Origin: Eledone cirrhosa
Taxonomy: Eukaryota
Assembly (NCBI GenBank): GCA_964016885.1
Contig: OZ024743.1
Span: forward strand, 125,364,001-125,428,000
Length of the DNA: 64,000 bases
Reading direction: 5' to 3'
Below, one piece after another: positions 14,346-26,861 of this stretch. The notes under the pieces were generated by a model. That model made no database searches, was not told where the DNA came from, and was given only the letters and a program-made list of their open reading frames with translations. Position 1 is the stretch's first letter. Each line of letters opens with the position of its first letter. The translations under genes were made by a program, and so were the position numbers.

Positions 14346-14507
14346 TCACGTTCTTGGAGAATCTTTTGAGTCTTGATTAGAAGTAAAGTCATAAGGCTTC
14401 CACCAGTTTGAAAACTGTAAGACTTTCTGTCGTTGAACTTCAAACTTCTCATTTCGGCTTTTACGGAAAAGATACGGATCAGCATCAATCATACCTCCAA
14501 TGATTTC
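14346..14507 (-). other. CWF19L2: Duplicated CWF19L2 terminal exon, intact (synonymous TCC>TCT)
   Basis: Acceptor, open frame and stop retained. Confidence 0.9.
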
Positions 14508-16675
14508 CTGTGTTCCAAGAAGTAGACGGTAAAAATATATCAGAAACTATCATTATCAAAGTACTTGGAAGTAAACAAATTTGTCAATATATACATATTT
14601 TTTAAATGGTAAATACATATTTGTACAAAAACTGTACAAGATTCAGTGGAAAGTGTGTAAATAAATAAACATACTGACAAATGTAAAAATATCTTTTTTT
14701 TTACAGACTAAAATAGAGTGAATATGCTGGCTCAAGTTTCCATTCTAGTTGGAGTCACCCTCAGAAACTGTGTACAACTCTATCATTCCACAGAGAAATA
14801 CTCAATTAATGACTTTATAAGCAAACCAAATAAGGCAGATAAGCAAATTGGAGATGCTGATAGTTAATTCAATTAGATAGTAAATTATGTAAAAAGCAGA
14901 TGAAATATAGAATAAATATATATATGAAGGCACATGGCTTAGTGGTTAGAGCATTGGCCTTGCAATCGAAAGGTTGTGAGTTCAATTCTCAGACCGGGTG
15001 ATGTGTTGTTTCCTTGTGCAAGACACTTTATTTCACATTGCTCCAGTTTACTCAGCTGTAGAAATGAGATGATAGGGACTGGGGTCCATATCATTCCACT
15101 GCAAAGTAGTCATAGAGGTGCCACGGCAAAAAAGCACCCAGCACTCACTGTAAATGAGATTGGTGTTAGCAAGGGCATCCAGCTGTAGAAATCAAGCCAG
15201 AATCAGTTCCCGTCCCACCCTTGCAAGCAGGGAAAAAGCGGACGTAAAATGAAATGATGATGATGATATTTTCATGGTAAATGCTTTATCCCACATAATT
15301 ATTTCACATAATATCGAATCTATGAGATTTTGAAAGTATTTATTTTGAGAACAATACCTTAACATCAGTTTGAATGACCAGTTACAGCCAGTTTCAACAG
15401 AAAGAGGTAGAGAATTCTGGCCGGTTTGGGCCAGTTTAAACATTAAAGGGTTAAACCATAGTGTACAAGAAATCAAATGAAATAGAGGTGCAGAGACACT
15501 TGTGTCCCCCCCCCCCTAGCTGATACATTCACTAGTATTTATGGTTTTCACAAAGATGTTCATTCAAACTGGTGAAATTTCATGTGGTAAGAATACAATC
15601 AACATCTGTTGTGCAGTAAAATTATACTATCACCTAGTCAAGTTTAATATCCAAGCAGCAGCCAATGGTTACCTGGTATTGCAACTAACAAAATAGTCAA
15701 GTCTCAATTCCAAGCAACAATCAAAGTTTGTTTATTACCTAGTATGTTGACAAACCACATAGATATATCTCATTTCCAACCAACAAAGGATTTTTATCAT
15801 ATCGTATGGCAAAAAAAAACACATAATCACGCCTCATTTCCAACCAACAAAGGCTATTTATGATCTAGTATGGTTACAAACCACATAGTCAAGTTTCATT
15901 TCCAACCAAACATTTAGGAGGCATGTTAGGTGTAACAAATACAAATAAACAATCCCACTAGTTTTGAAAGATTTATCAACTTAATATCTCTTAATTGTAT
16001 AGCCAGCCTGAAGGTTACCATGAAAACATTTATCATAGAAGATAAAATTCTATGAATTACTAGAGCCAAGTTTAACATGATGACAAAATATAGTTCTGGG
16101 TTTCATCCTACTATGCAGCACACTAGACAAATGTCTTCTACTTTAAATTTGGGTTGGCCAAAGCTTTACAAGTGAATTTCGATAGATAGAAACTGTCTGG
16201 CAGCCATCAGAGAAAACATTCCGGTTTTAGGATGATAGACTAAATATGTTGCCCCAGTTAACATCATTATCTGGCCCTTAGGTACATTTAGCAGCACACA
16301 CTGTTGTAAATATTCAGGCTAGGTCTCCAATATGATTCTTCTCTTCCTCTTACCAGTCTCGGAAGAACCTGCAAAGAAATAATAAGCATTCCCTTTTTTT
16401 CCTCAGACAAAACATAAATAAATAAAAAGGAAATTTGTTATAAAATTGTTTTTATTGTATAATTTAAAATATATTTATACATATATATATTGGTATTTGT
16501 TGTTGTTGTTGGTGACATACACGCAGTCTAAATATTTATTCATGGTGTTTCCTCTAATATTGTAAAGAGTCCACTCTGATACAAAGAATTCATTTCTCAC
16601 ATCACCATGTGTATAGAGACTACCACAAATAAATCAAGAATTGCCACACTGCAATTACAACTTTGATGAATTGCA

Positions 16676-16736
<61 letters not shown>

Positions 16737-17223
16737 ATACTTTGGGAAGGTCATGCTGACAATAAAAACACACACACCTGTTGGTTTTCACTTCAATTTA
16801 TTATAAATTTCCAGTTGGTTGGTTGCTTGATTCAATAACCAGATGGTTGTTTATATATTGTCAAAGCTCTTTCGTCACACATACTGTGACTGGGTTTTTA
16901 TTTTGTGTCTCTCCTTTGTTCTGTCCTACACCATCTTGTTTTTGTGTGTTGACAACACACAAACCAACCAACTAGCTGGAAATTTATAAATTCAAGTGAA
17001 AACCAACAGGTGCATGTACTGTTATTTGCAGCAAGACACTCCCAAACTATAACAATATCTGTTTCAACACATGCTTTCAGATAAGAAATCTTGCAAAACG
17101 AATTCAAAAACGAAGTATATATATGTGTGTGTGTGTGATGCCCCAGCATGGACTCAGCCTGTCAGCTGGAATATGTAATAGAATAATATATACATATATA
17201 TATACTTCTTGTTGAAATATTGT

Positions 17224-17385
17224 TCACGTTCTTGGAGAATCTTTTGAGTCTTGATTAGAAGTAAAGTCATAAGGCTTCCACCAGTTTGAAAACTGTAAGA
17301 CTTTCTGTCGTTGAACTTCAAACTTCTCATTTCGGCTTTTACGGAAAAGATACGGATCAGCATCAATCATACCTCCAATGATTTC
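17224..17385 (-). other. CWF19L2: Duplicated CWF19L2 terminal exon, intact (synonymous TCC>TCT)
   Basis: Acceptor, open frame and stop retained. The ttggaga allele is shared with the copy at 14346. Confidence 0.9.
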
Positions 17386-19563
17386 CTGTGTTCCAAGAAG
17401 TAGACGGTAAAAATATATCAGAAACTATCATTATCAAAGTACTTGGAAGTAAACAAATTTGTCAATATATACATATTTTTTAAATGGTAAATACATATTT
17501 GTACAAAAACTGTACAAGATTCAGTGGAAAGTGTGTAAATAAATAAACATACTGACAAATGTAAAAATATCTTTTTTTTTACAGACTAAAATAGAGTGAA
17601 TATGCTGGCTCAAGTTTCCATTCTAGTTGGAGTCACCCTCAGAAACTGTGTACAACTCTATCATTCCACAGAGAAATACTCAATTAATGACTTTATAAGC
17701 AAACCAAATAAGGCAGATAAGCAAATTGGAGATGCTGATAGTTAATTCAATTAGATAGTAAATTATGTAAAAAGCAGATGAAATATAGAATAAATATATA
17801 TGAAGGCACATGGCCTAGTGGTTAGAGCATTGGCCTTGCAATCGAAAGGTTGTGAGTTCAATTCTCAGACCGGGTGATGTGTTGTTTCCTTGTGCAAGAC
17901 ACTTTATTTCACATTGCTCCAGTTTACTCAGCTGTAGAAATGAGATGATAGGGACTGGGGTCCATATCATTCCACTGCAAAGTAGTCATAGAGGTCCCAC
18001 GGCAAAAAAGCACCCAGCACTCACTGTAAATGAGATTGGTGTTAGCAAGGGCATCCAGCTGTAGAAATCAAGCCAGAATCAGTTCCCGTCCCACCCTTGC
18101 AAGCAGGGAAAAAGCGGACGTAAAATGAAATGATGATGATGATATTTTCATGGTAAATGCTTTATCCCACATAATTATTTCACATAATATCGAATCTATG
18201 AGATTTTGAAAGTATTTATTTTGAGAACAATACCTTAACATCAGTTTGAATGACCAGTTACAGCCAGTTTCAACAGAAAGAGGTAGAGAATTCTGGCCGG
18301 TTTGGGCCAGTTTAAACATTAAAGGGTTAAACCATAGTGTACAAGAAATCAAATGAAATAGAGGTGCAGAGACACTTGTGTCCCCCCCCCCCCCCCCCCC
18401 CCCCCTAGCTGATACATTCACTAGTATTTATGGTTTTCACAAAGATGTTCATTCAAACTGGTGAAATTTCATGTGGTAAGAATACAATCAACATCTGTTG
18501 TGCAGTAAAATTATACTATCACCTAGTCAAGTTTAATATCCAAGCAGCAGCCAATGGTTACCTGGTATTGCAACAAACAAAATAGTCAAGTCTCAATTCC
18601 AAGCAACAATCAAAGTTTGTTTATTACCTAGTATGTTGACAAACCACATAGATATATCTCATTTCCAACCAATAAAGGATTTTTATCATATAGTTTGGCA
18701 AAAAAAACACATAATCAAGCCTCATTTCCAACCAACAAAGGCTATTTATGATCTAGTATGGTTACAAACCACATAGTCAAGTCTCATTTCCAACCAAACA
18801 TTTAGGAGGCATGTTAGGTGTAACAAATACAAATAAACAATCCCACTAGTTTTGAAAGATTTATCAACTTAATATCTCTTAATTGTATAGCCAGCCTGAA
18901 GGTTACCATGAAAACATTTATCATAGAAGATAAAATTCTATGAATTACTAGAGCCAAGTTTAACATGATGACAAAATATAGTTCTGGGTTTCATCCTACT
19001 ATGCAGCACACTAGACAAATGTCTTCTACTTTAAATTTGGGTTGGCCAAAGCTTTACAAGTGAATTTCGATAGATAGAAACTGTCTGGCAGCCATCAGAG
19101 AAAACATTCCGGTTTTAGGATGATAGACTAAATATGTTGCCCCAGTTAACATCATTATCTGGCCCTTAGGTACATTTAGCAGCACACACTGTTGTAAATA
19201 TTCAGGCTAGGTCTCCAATATGATTCTTCTCTTCCTCTTACCAGTCTCGGAAGAACCTGCAAAGAAATAATAAGCATTCCCTTTTTTTCCTCAGACAAAA
19301 CATAAATAAATAAAAAGGAAATTTGTTATAAAATTGTTTTTATTGTATAATTTAAAATATATTTATACATATATATATTGGTATTTGTTGTTGTTGTTGG
19401 TGACATACACGCAGTCTAAATATTTATTCATGGTGTTTCCTCTAATATTGTAAAGAGTCCACTCTGATACAAAGAATTCATTTCTCACATCACCATGTGT
19501 ATAGAGACTACCACAAATAAATCAAGAATTGCCACACTGCAATTACAACTTTGATGAATTGCA

Positions 19564-19606
<43 letters not shown>

Positions 19607-20093
19607 ATACTTTGGGAAGGTCATGCTGACAATAAAAACACACACACCTGTTGGTTTTCACTTCAATTTATTATAAATTTCCAGTTGGTTGGTTGCTTGA
19701 TTCAATAACCAGATGGTTGTTTATATATTGTCAAAGCTCTTTCGTCACACATACTGTGACTGGGTTTTTATTTTGTGTCTCTCCTTTGTTCTGTCCTACA
19801 CCATCTTGTTTTTGTGTGTTGACAACACACAAACCAACCAACTAGCTGGAAATTTATAAATTCAAGTGAAAACCAACAGGTGCATGTACTGTTATTTGCA
19901 GCAAGACACTCCCAAACTATAACAATATCTGTTTCAACACATGCTTTCAGATAAGAAATCTTGCAAAACGAATTCAAAAACGAAGTATATATATGTGTGT
20001 GTGTGTGATGCCCCAGCATGGACTCAGCCTGTCAGCTGGAATATGTAATAGAATAATATATACATATATATATACTTCTTGTTGAAATATTGT

Positions 20094-20255
20094 TCACGTT
20101 CTTGGGGAATCTTTTGAGTCTTGATTAGAAGTAAAGTCATAAGGCTTCCACCAGTTTGAAAACTGTAAGACTTTCTGTCGTTGAACTTCAAACTTCTCAT
20201 TTCGGCTTTTACGGAAAAGATACGGATCAGCATCAATCATACCTCCAATGATTTC
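20094..20255 (-). other. CWF19L2: Duplicated CWF19L2 terminal exon, intact
   Basis: Acceptor, open frame and stop retained. Confidence 0.9.
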
Positions 20256-22426
20256 CTGTGTTCCAAGAAGTAGACGGTAAAAATATATCAGAAACTATCA
20301 TTATCAAAGTACTTGGAAGTAAACAAATTTGTCAATATATACATATTTTTTAAATGGTAAATACATATTTGTACAAAAACTGTACAAGATTCAGTGGAAA
20401 GTGTGTAAATAAATAAACATACTGACAAATGTAAAAATATCTTTTTTTTTACAGACTAAAATAGAGTGAATATGCTGGCTCAAGTTTCCATTCTAGTTGG
20501 AGTCACCCTCAGAAACTGTGTACAACTCTATCATTCCACAGAGAAATACTCAATTAATGACTTTATAAGCAAACCAAATAAGGCAGATAAGCAAATTGGA
20601 GATGCTGATAGTTAATTCAATTAGATAGTAAATTATGTAAAAAGCAGATGAAATATAGAATAAATATATATATGAAGGCACATGGCTTAGTGGTTAGAGC
20701 ATTGGCCTTGCAATCGAAAGGTTGTGAGTTCAATTCTCAGACCGGGTGATGTGTTGTTTCCTTGTGCAAGACACTTTATTTCACATTGCTCCAGTTTACT
20801 CAGCTGTAGAAATGAGATGATAGGGACTGGGGTCCATATCATTCCACTGCAAAGTAGTCATAGAGGTGCCACGGCAAAAAAGCACCCAGCACTCACTGTA
20901 ATGAGATTGGTGTTAGCAAGGGCATCCAGCTGTAGAAATCAAGCCAGAATCAGTTCCCGTCCCACCCTTGCAAGCAGGGAAAAAGCGGACGTAAAATGAA
21001 ATGATGATGATGATATTTTCATGGTAAATGCTTTATCCCACATAATTATTTCACATAATATCGAATCTATGAGATTTTGAAAGTATTTATTTTGAGAACA
21101 ATACCTTAACATCAGTTTGAATGACCAGTTACAGCCAGTTTCAACAGAAAGAGGTAGAGAATTCTGGCCGGTTTGGGCCAGTTTAAACATTAAAGGGTTA
21201 AACCATAGTGTACAAGAAATCAAATGAAATAGAGGTGCAGAGACACTTGTGTCCCCCCCCCCCCCCCCTAGCTGATACATTCACTAGTATTTATGGTTTT
21301 CACAAAGATGTTCATTCAAACTGGTGAAATTTCATGTGGTAAGAATACAATCAACATCTGTTGTGCAGTAAAATTATACTATCACCTAGTCAAGTTTAAT
21401 ATCCAAGCAGCAGCCAATGGTTACCTGGTATTGCAACAAACAAAATAGTCAAGTGTCAATTCCAAGCAACAATCAAAGTTTGTTTATTACCTAGTATGTT
21501 GACAAACCACATAGATATATCTCATTTCCAACCAATAAAGGATTTTTATCATATAGTATGGCAAAAAAAACTCATAATCAAGCCTCATTTCCAACCAACA
21601 AAGGCTATTTATGATCTAGTATGGTTACAAACCACATAGTCAAGTCTCATTTCCAACCAAACATTTAGGAGGCATGTTAGGTGTAACAAATACAAATAAA
21701 CAATCCCACTAGTTTTGAAAGATTTATCAACTTAATATCTCTTAATTGTATAGCCAGCCTGAAGGTTACCATGAAAACATTTATCATAGAAGATAAAATT
21801 CTATGAATTACTAGAGCCAAGTTTAACATGATGACAAAATATAGTTCTGGGTTTCATCCTACTATGCAGCACACTAGACAAATGTCTTCTACTTTAAATT
21901 TGGGTTGGCCAAAGCTTTACAAGTGAATTTCGATAGATAGAAACTGTCTGGCAGCCATCAGAGAAAACATTCCGGTTTTAGGATGATAGACTAAATATGT
22001 TGCCCCAGTTAACATCATTATCTGGCCCTTAGGTACATTTAGCAGCACACACTGTTGTAAATATTCAGGCTAGGTCTCCAATATGATTCTTCTCTTCCTC
22101 TTACCAGTCTCGGAAGAACCTGCAAAGAAATAATAAGCATTCCCTTTTTTTCCTCAGACAAAACATAAATAAATAAAAAGGAAATTTGTTATAAATTTGT
22201 TTTTATTGTATAATTTAAAATAAATTTATACATATATATATTGGTATTTGTTGTTGTTGTTGGTGACATACACGCAGTCTAAATATTTATTCATGGTGTT
22301 TCCTCTAATATTGTAAAGAGTCCACTCTGATACAAAGAATTCATTTCTCACATCACCATGTGTATAGAGACTACCACAAATAAATCAAGAATTGCCACAC
22401 TGCAATTACAACTTTGATGAATTGCA

Positions 22427-22481
<55 letters not shown>

Positions 22482-22984
22482 ATACTTTGGGAAGGTCATG
22501 CTGGCAATAAAAACACACACGCCTGTTGGTTTTCACTTCAATTTATTATAAATTTCCAGTTGGTTGGTTGCTTGATTCAATAACCAGATGGTTGTTTATA
22601 TATTGTCAAATCTCTTTCATCACACATACTGTGACCTCCTCAGTGACTGGGTTTTTATTTTGTGTCTCTCCTTTGTTCTGTCCTACACCATCTTGTTTTT
22701 GTGTGTTGACAACACACGAACCAACCAACTAACTAGCTGGAAATTTATAAATTCAAGTGAAAACCAACAGGTGCATGTGCTGTTATTTGCAGCAAGATAC
22801 TCCCAAACTATAACAATATCTGTTTCAACACATGCTTTCAGATAAGAAATCTTGCAAAACGAATTCAAAAACGAAGTATATATATGTGTGTGTGTGTGAT
22901 GCCCCAGCATGGACTCAGCCTGTCAGCTGGAATATGTAATAGAATAATATATACATATATATATACTTCTTGTTGAAATATTGT

Positions 22985-23146
22985 TCACGTTCTTGGGGAA
23001 TCTTTTGAGTCTTGATTAGAAGTAAAGTCATAAGGCTTCCACCAGTTTGAAAACTGTAAGACTTTCTGTCGTTGAACTTCAAACTTCTCATTTCGGCTTT
23101 TACGGAAAAGATACGGATCAGCATCAATCATACCTCCAATGATTTC
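22985..23146 (-). other. CWF19L2: Duplicated CWF19L2 terminal exon, intact, same peptide as the proximal copy
   Basis: Acceptor, 53 codons and TGA retained. Confidence 0.9.
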
Positions 23147-25316
23147 CTGTGTTCCAAGAAGTAGACGGTAAAAATATATCAGAAACTATCATTATCAAAG
23201 TACTTGGAAGTAAACAAATTTGTCAATATATACATATTTTTTAAATGGTAAATACATATTTGTACAAAAACTGTACAAGATTCAGTGGAAAGTGTGTAAA
23301 TAAATAAACATACTGACAAATGTAAAAATATCTTTTTTTTTACAGACTAAAATAGAGTGAATATGCTGGCTCAAGTTTCCATTCTAGTTGGAGTCACCCT
23401 CAGAAACTGTGTACAACTCTATCATTCCACAGAGAAATACTCAATTAATGACTTTATAAGCAAACCAAATAAGGCAGATAAGCAAATTGGAGATGCTGAT
23501 AGTTAATTCAATTAGATAGTAAATTATGTAAAAAGCAGATGAAATATAGAATAAATATATATGAAGGCACATGGCTTAGTGGTTAGAGCATTGGCCTTGC
23601 AATCGAAAGGTTGTGAGTTCAATTCTCAGACCGGGTGATGTGTTGTTTCCTTGTGCAAGACACTTTATTTCACATTGCTCCAGTTTACTCAGCTGTAGAA
23701 ATGAGATGATAGGGACTGGGGTCCATATCATTCCACTGCAAAGTAGTCATAGAGGTGCCACGGCAAAAAAGCACCCAGCACTCACTGTAATGAGATTGGT
23801 GTTAGCAAGGGCATCCAGCTGTAGAAATCAAGCCAGAATCAGTTCCCGTCCCACCCTTGCAAGCAGGGAAAAAGCGGACGTAAAATGAAATGATGATGAT
23901 GATATTTTCATGGTAAATGCTTTATCCCACATAATTATTTCACATAATATCGAATCTATGAGATTTTGAAAGTATTTATTTTGAGAACAATACCTTAACA
24001 TCAGTTTGAATGACCAGTTACAGCCAGTTTCAACAGAAAGAGGTAGAGAATTCTGGCCGGTTTGGGCCAGTTTAAACATTAAAGGGTTAAACCATAGTGT
24101 ACAAGAAATCAAATGAAATAGAGGTGCAGAGACACTTGTGTCCCCCCCCCCCCCCCCCTAGCTGATACATTCACTAGTATTTATGGTTTTCACAAAGATG
24201 TTCATTCAAACTGGTGAAATTTCATGTGGTAAGAATACAATCAACATCTGTTGTGCAGTAAAATTATACTATCACCTAGTCAAGTTTAATATCCAAGCAG
24301 CAGCCAATGGTTACCTGGTATTGCAACAAACAAAATAGTCAAGTGTCAATTCCAAGCAACAATCAAAGTTTGTTTATTACCTAGTATGTTGACAAACCAC
24401 ATAGATATATCTCATTTCCAACCAATAAAGGATTTTTATCATATAGTATGGCAAAAAAAACTCATAATCAAGCCTCATTTCCAACCAACAAAGGCTATTT
24501 ATGATCTAGTATGGTTACAAACCACATAGTCAAGTCTCATTTCCAACCAAACATTTAGGAGGCATGTTAGGTGTAACAAATACAAATAAACAATCCCACT
24601 AGTTTTGAAAGATTTATCAACTTAATATCTCTTAATTGTATAGCCAGCCTGAAGGTTACCATGAAAACATTTATCATAGAAGATAAAATTCTATGAATTA
24701 CTAGAGCCAAGTTTAACATGATGACAAAATATAGTTCTGGGTTTCATCCTACTATGCAGCACACTAGACAAATGTCTTCTACTTTAAATTTGGGTTGGCC
24801 AAAGCTTTACAAGTGAATTTCGATAGATAGAAACTGTCTGGCAGCCATCAGAGAAAACATTCCGGTTTTAGGATGATAGACTAAATATGTTGCCCCAGTT
24901 AACATCATTATCTGGCCCTTAGGTACATTTAGCAGCACACACTGTTGTAAATATTCAGGCTAGGTCTCCAATATGATTCTTCTCTTCCTCTTACCAGTCT
25001 CGGAAGAACCTGCAAAGAAATAATAAGCATTCCCTTTTTTTCCTCAGACAAAACATAAATAAATAAAAAGGAAATTTGTTATAAATTTGTTTTTATTGTA
25101 TAATTTAAAATAAATTTATACATATATATATTGGTATTTGTTGTTGTTGTTGGTGACATACACGCAGTCTAAATATTTATTCATGGTGTTTCCTCTAATA
25201 TTGTAAAGAGTCCACTCTGATACAAAGAATTCATTTCTCACATCACCATGTGTATAGAGACTACCACAAATAAATCAAGAATTGCCACACTGCAATTACA
25301 ACTTTGATGAATTGCA

Positions 25317-25367
<51 letters not shown>

Positions 25368-25872
25368 ATACTTTGGGAAGGTCATGCTGGCAATAAAAAC
25401 ACACACGCCTGTTGGTTTTCACTTCAATTTATTATAAATTTCCAGTTGGTTGGTTGCTTGATTCAATAACCAGATGGTTGTTTATATATTGTCAAATCTC
25501 TTTCATCACACATACTGTGACCTCCTCAGTGACTGGGTTTTTATTTTGTGTCTCTCCTTTGTTCTGTCCTACACCATCTTGTTTTTGTGTGTTGACAACA
25601 CACGAACCAACCAACTAACTAGCTGGAAATTTATAAATTCAAGTGAAAACCAACAGGTGCATGTGCTGTTATTTGCAGCAAGATACTCCCAAACTATAAC
25701 AATATCTGTTTCAACACATGCTTTCAGATAAGAAATCTTGCAAAACGAATTCAAAAACGAAGTATATATATGTGTGTGTGTGTGATGCCCCAGAATGGAC
25801 TCAGCCTGTCAGCTAGAATATGTAATAGAATAATATATACATATATATATATACTTCTTGTTGAAATATTGT

Positions 25873-26034
25873 TCACGTTCTTGGGGAATCTTTTGAGTCT
25901 TGATTAGAAGTAAAGTCATAAGGCTTCCACCAGTTTGAAAACTGTAAGACTTTCTGTCGTTGAACTTCAAACTTCTCATTTCGGCTTTTACGGAAAAGAT
26001 ACGGATCAGCATCAATCATACCTCCAATAATTTC
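25873..26034 (-). CDS. CWF19L2: CWF19L2 terminal coding exon, gene-proximal copy
   Basis: cttcttggaacacag|GAA. Translates EIIGGMIDADPYLFRKSRNEKFEVQRQKVLQFSNWWKPYDFTSNQDSKDSPRT* (EIIGGM and WWKPYDFT are CWF19L2 C-terminal hallmarks), in frame with the previous exon. Confidence 0.93.
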   Translation of the reverse strand, partial: EIIGGMIDADPYLFRKSRNEKFEVQRQKVLQFSNWWKPYDFTSNQDSKDSPRT

Positions 26035-26357
26035 CTGTGTTCCAAGAAGTAGAGGGTAAAAATATATCAGAAACTATCATTATCAAAGTACTTGGAAGTA
26101 TTTTACTGACAAATGTAAAAATATCTTTTTTTTTACAGACTAAAATAGAGGGAATATTCTGGCTCAAGTTTCCATTCTAGTTGGAGTCACCCTCAGAAAC
26201 TGTGTACAACTCTATCATTCCACAGAGAAATACTCAATTAATGACTTTATAAGCAAACCAAATATGGCAGATAAGCAAATTGGAGATGCTGATAGTTAAT
26301 TCAATTAGATAGTAAATTATGTAAAAAGCAGATGAAATATAGAATAAATATATATAT

Positions 26358-26703
26358 GGAGGCACATGGCTTAGTGGTTAGAGCATTGGCCTTGCAATCG
26401 AAAGGTTGTGAGTTCAATTCTCAGACCGGGTGATGTGTTGTTTCCTTGAGCAAGACACTTTATTTCACATTGCTCCAGTTTACTCAGCTGTAGAAATGAG
26501 ATGATAGGTACTGGGGTCCCTATCATTCCACTGCAAAGTGGTCGTGCAGGTGCCACGGCAAAAAAGCACCCAGCACTCACTGTAAATGAGGTTGGTGTTA
26601 GGAAGGGCATCCAGCTGTAGAAATCAAGCCAGAATCAGTTCCCGTCTCACCCTTGCAAGCAGGGAAAAAGCGTACGTAAAATGAAATGATGATGATGATG
26701 ATG
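26358..26703 (+). mobile_element. tRNA-derived SINE marking the right boundary of the array
   Basis: Same insertion site as the unit SINEs but about a dozen differences. Array homology stops in its (ATG)n tail. Confidence 0.88.
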
Positions 26704-26861
26704 AAATGTATAGAAGCAGTACAAGATTTAACTGAAGCTGTATAAATATGTAAATAAAAACACTGACAAATATAAACATGTATCTTTTTTATGCATTTCT
26801 TCATGGATCGAAAAAGTATGAACTATCTGACTCATTTTCCATCCACAAAGAAATACATTAA

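Larger units (their letters stand above)
1..26703. repeat. Head-to-tail tandem array of ~2.85-2.89 kb units (about 9.3 units visible, open at the left edge)
   Basis: Near-identical sequence and ORF set recur. Terminal-exon stop codons are at 21, 2878, 5732, 8608, 11463, 14346, 17224, 20094, 22985 and 25873 (spacing 2854-2891 bp). Length differences come mostly from the poly-C and (TA)n tracts. Confidence 0.98.
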
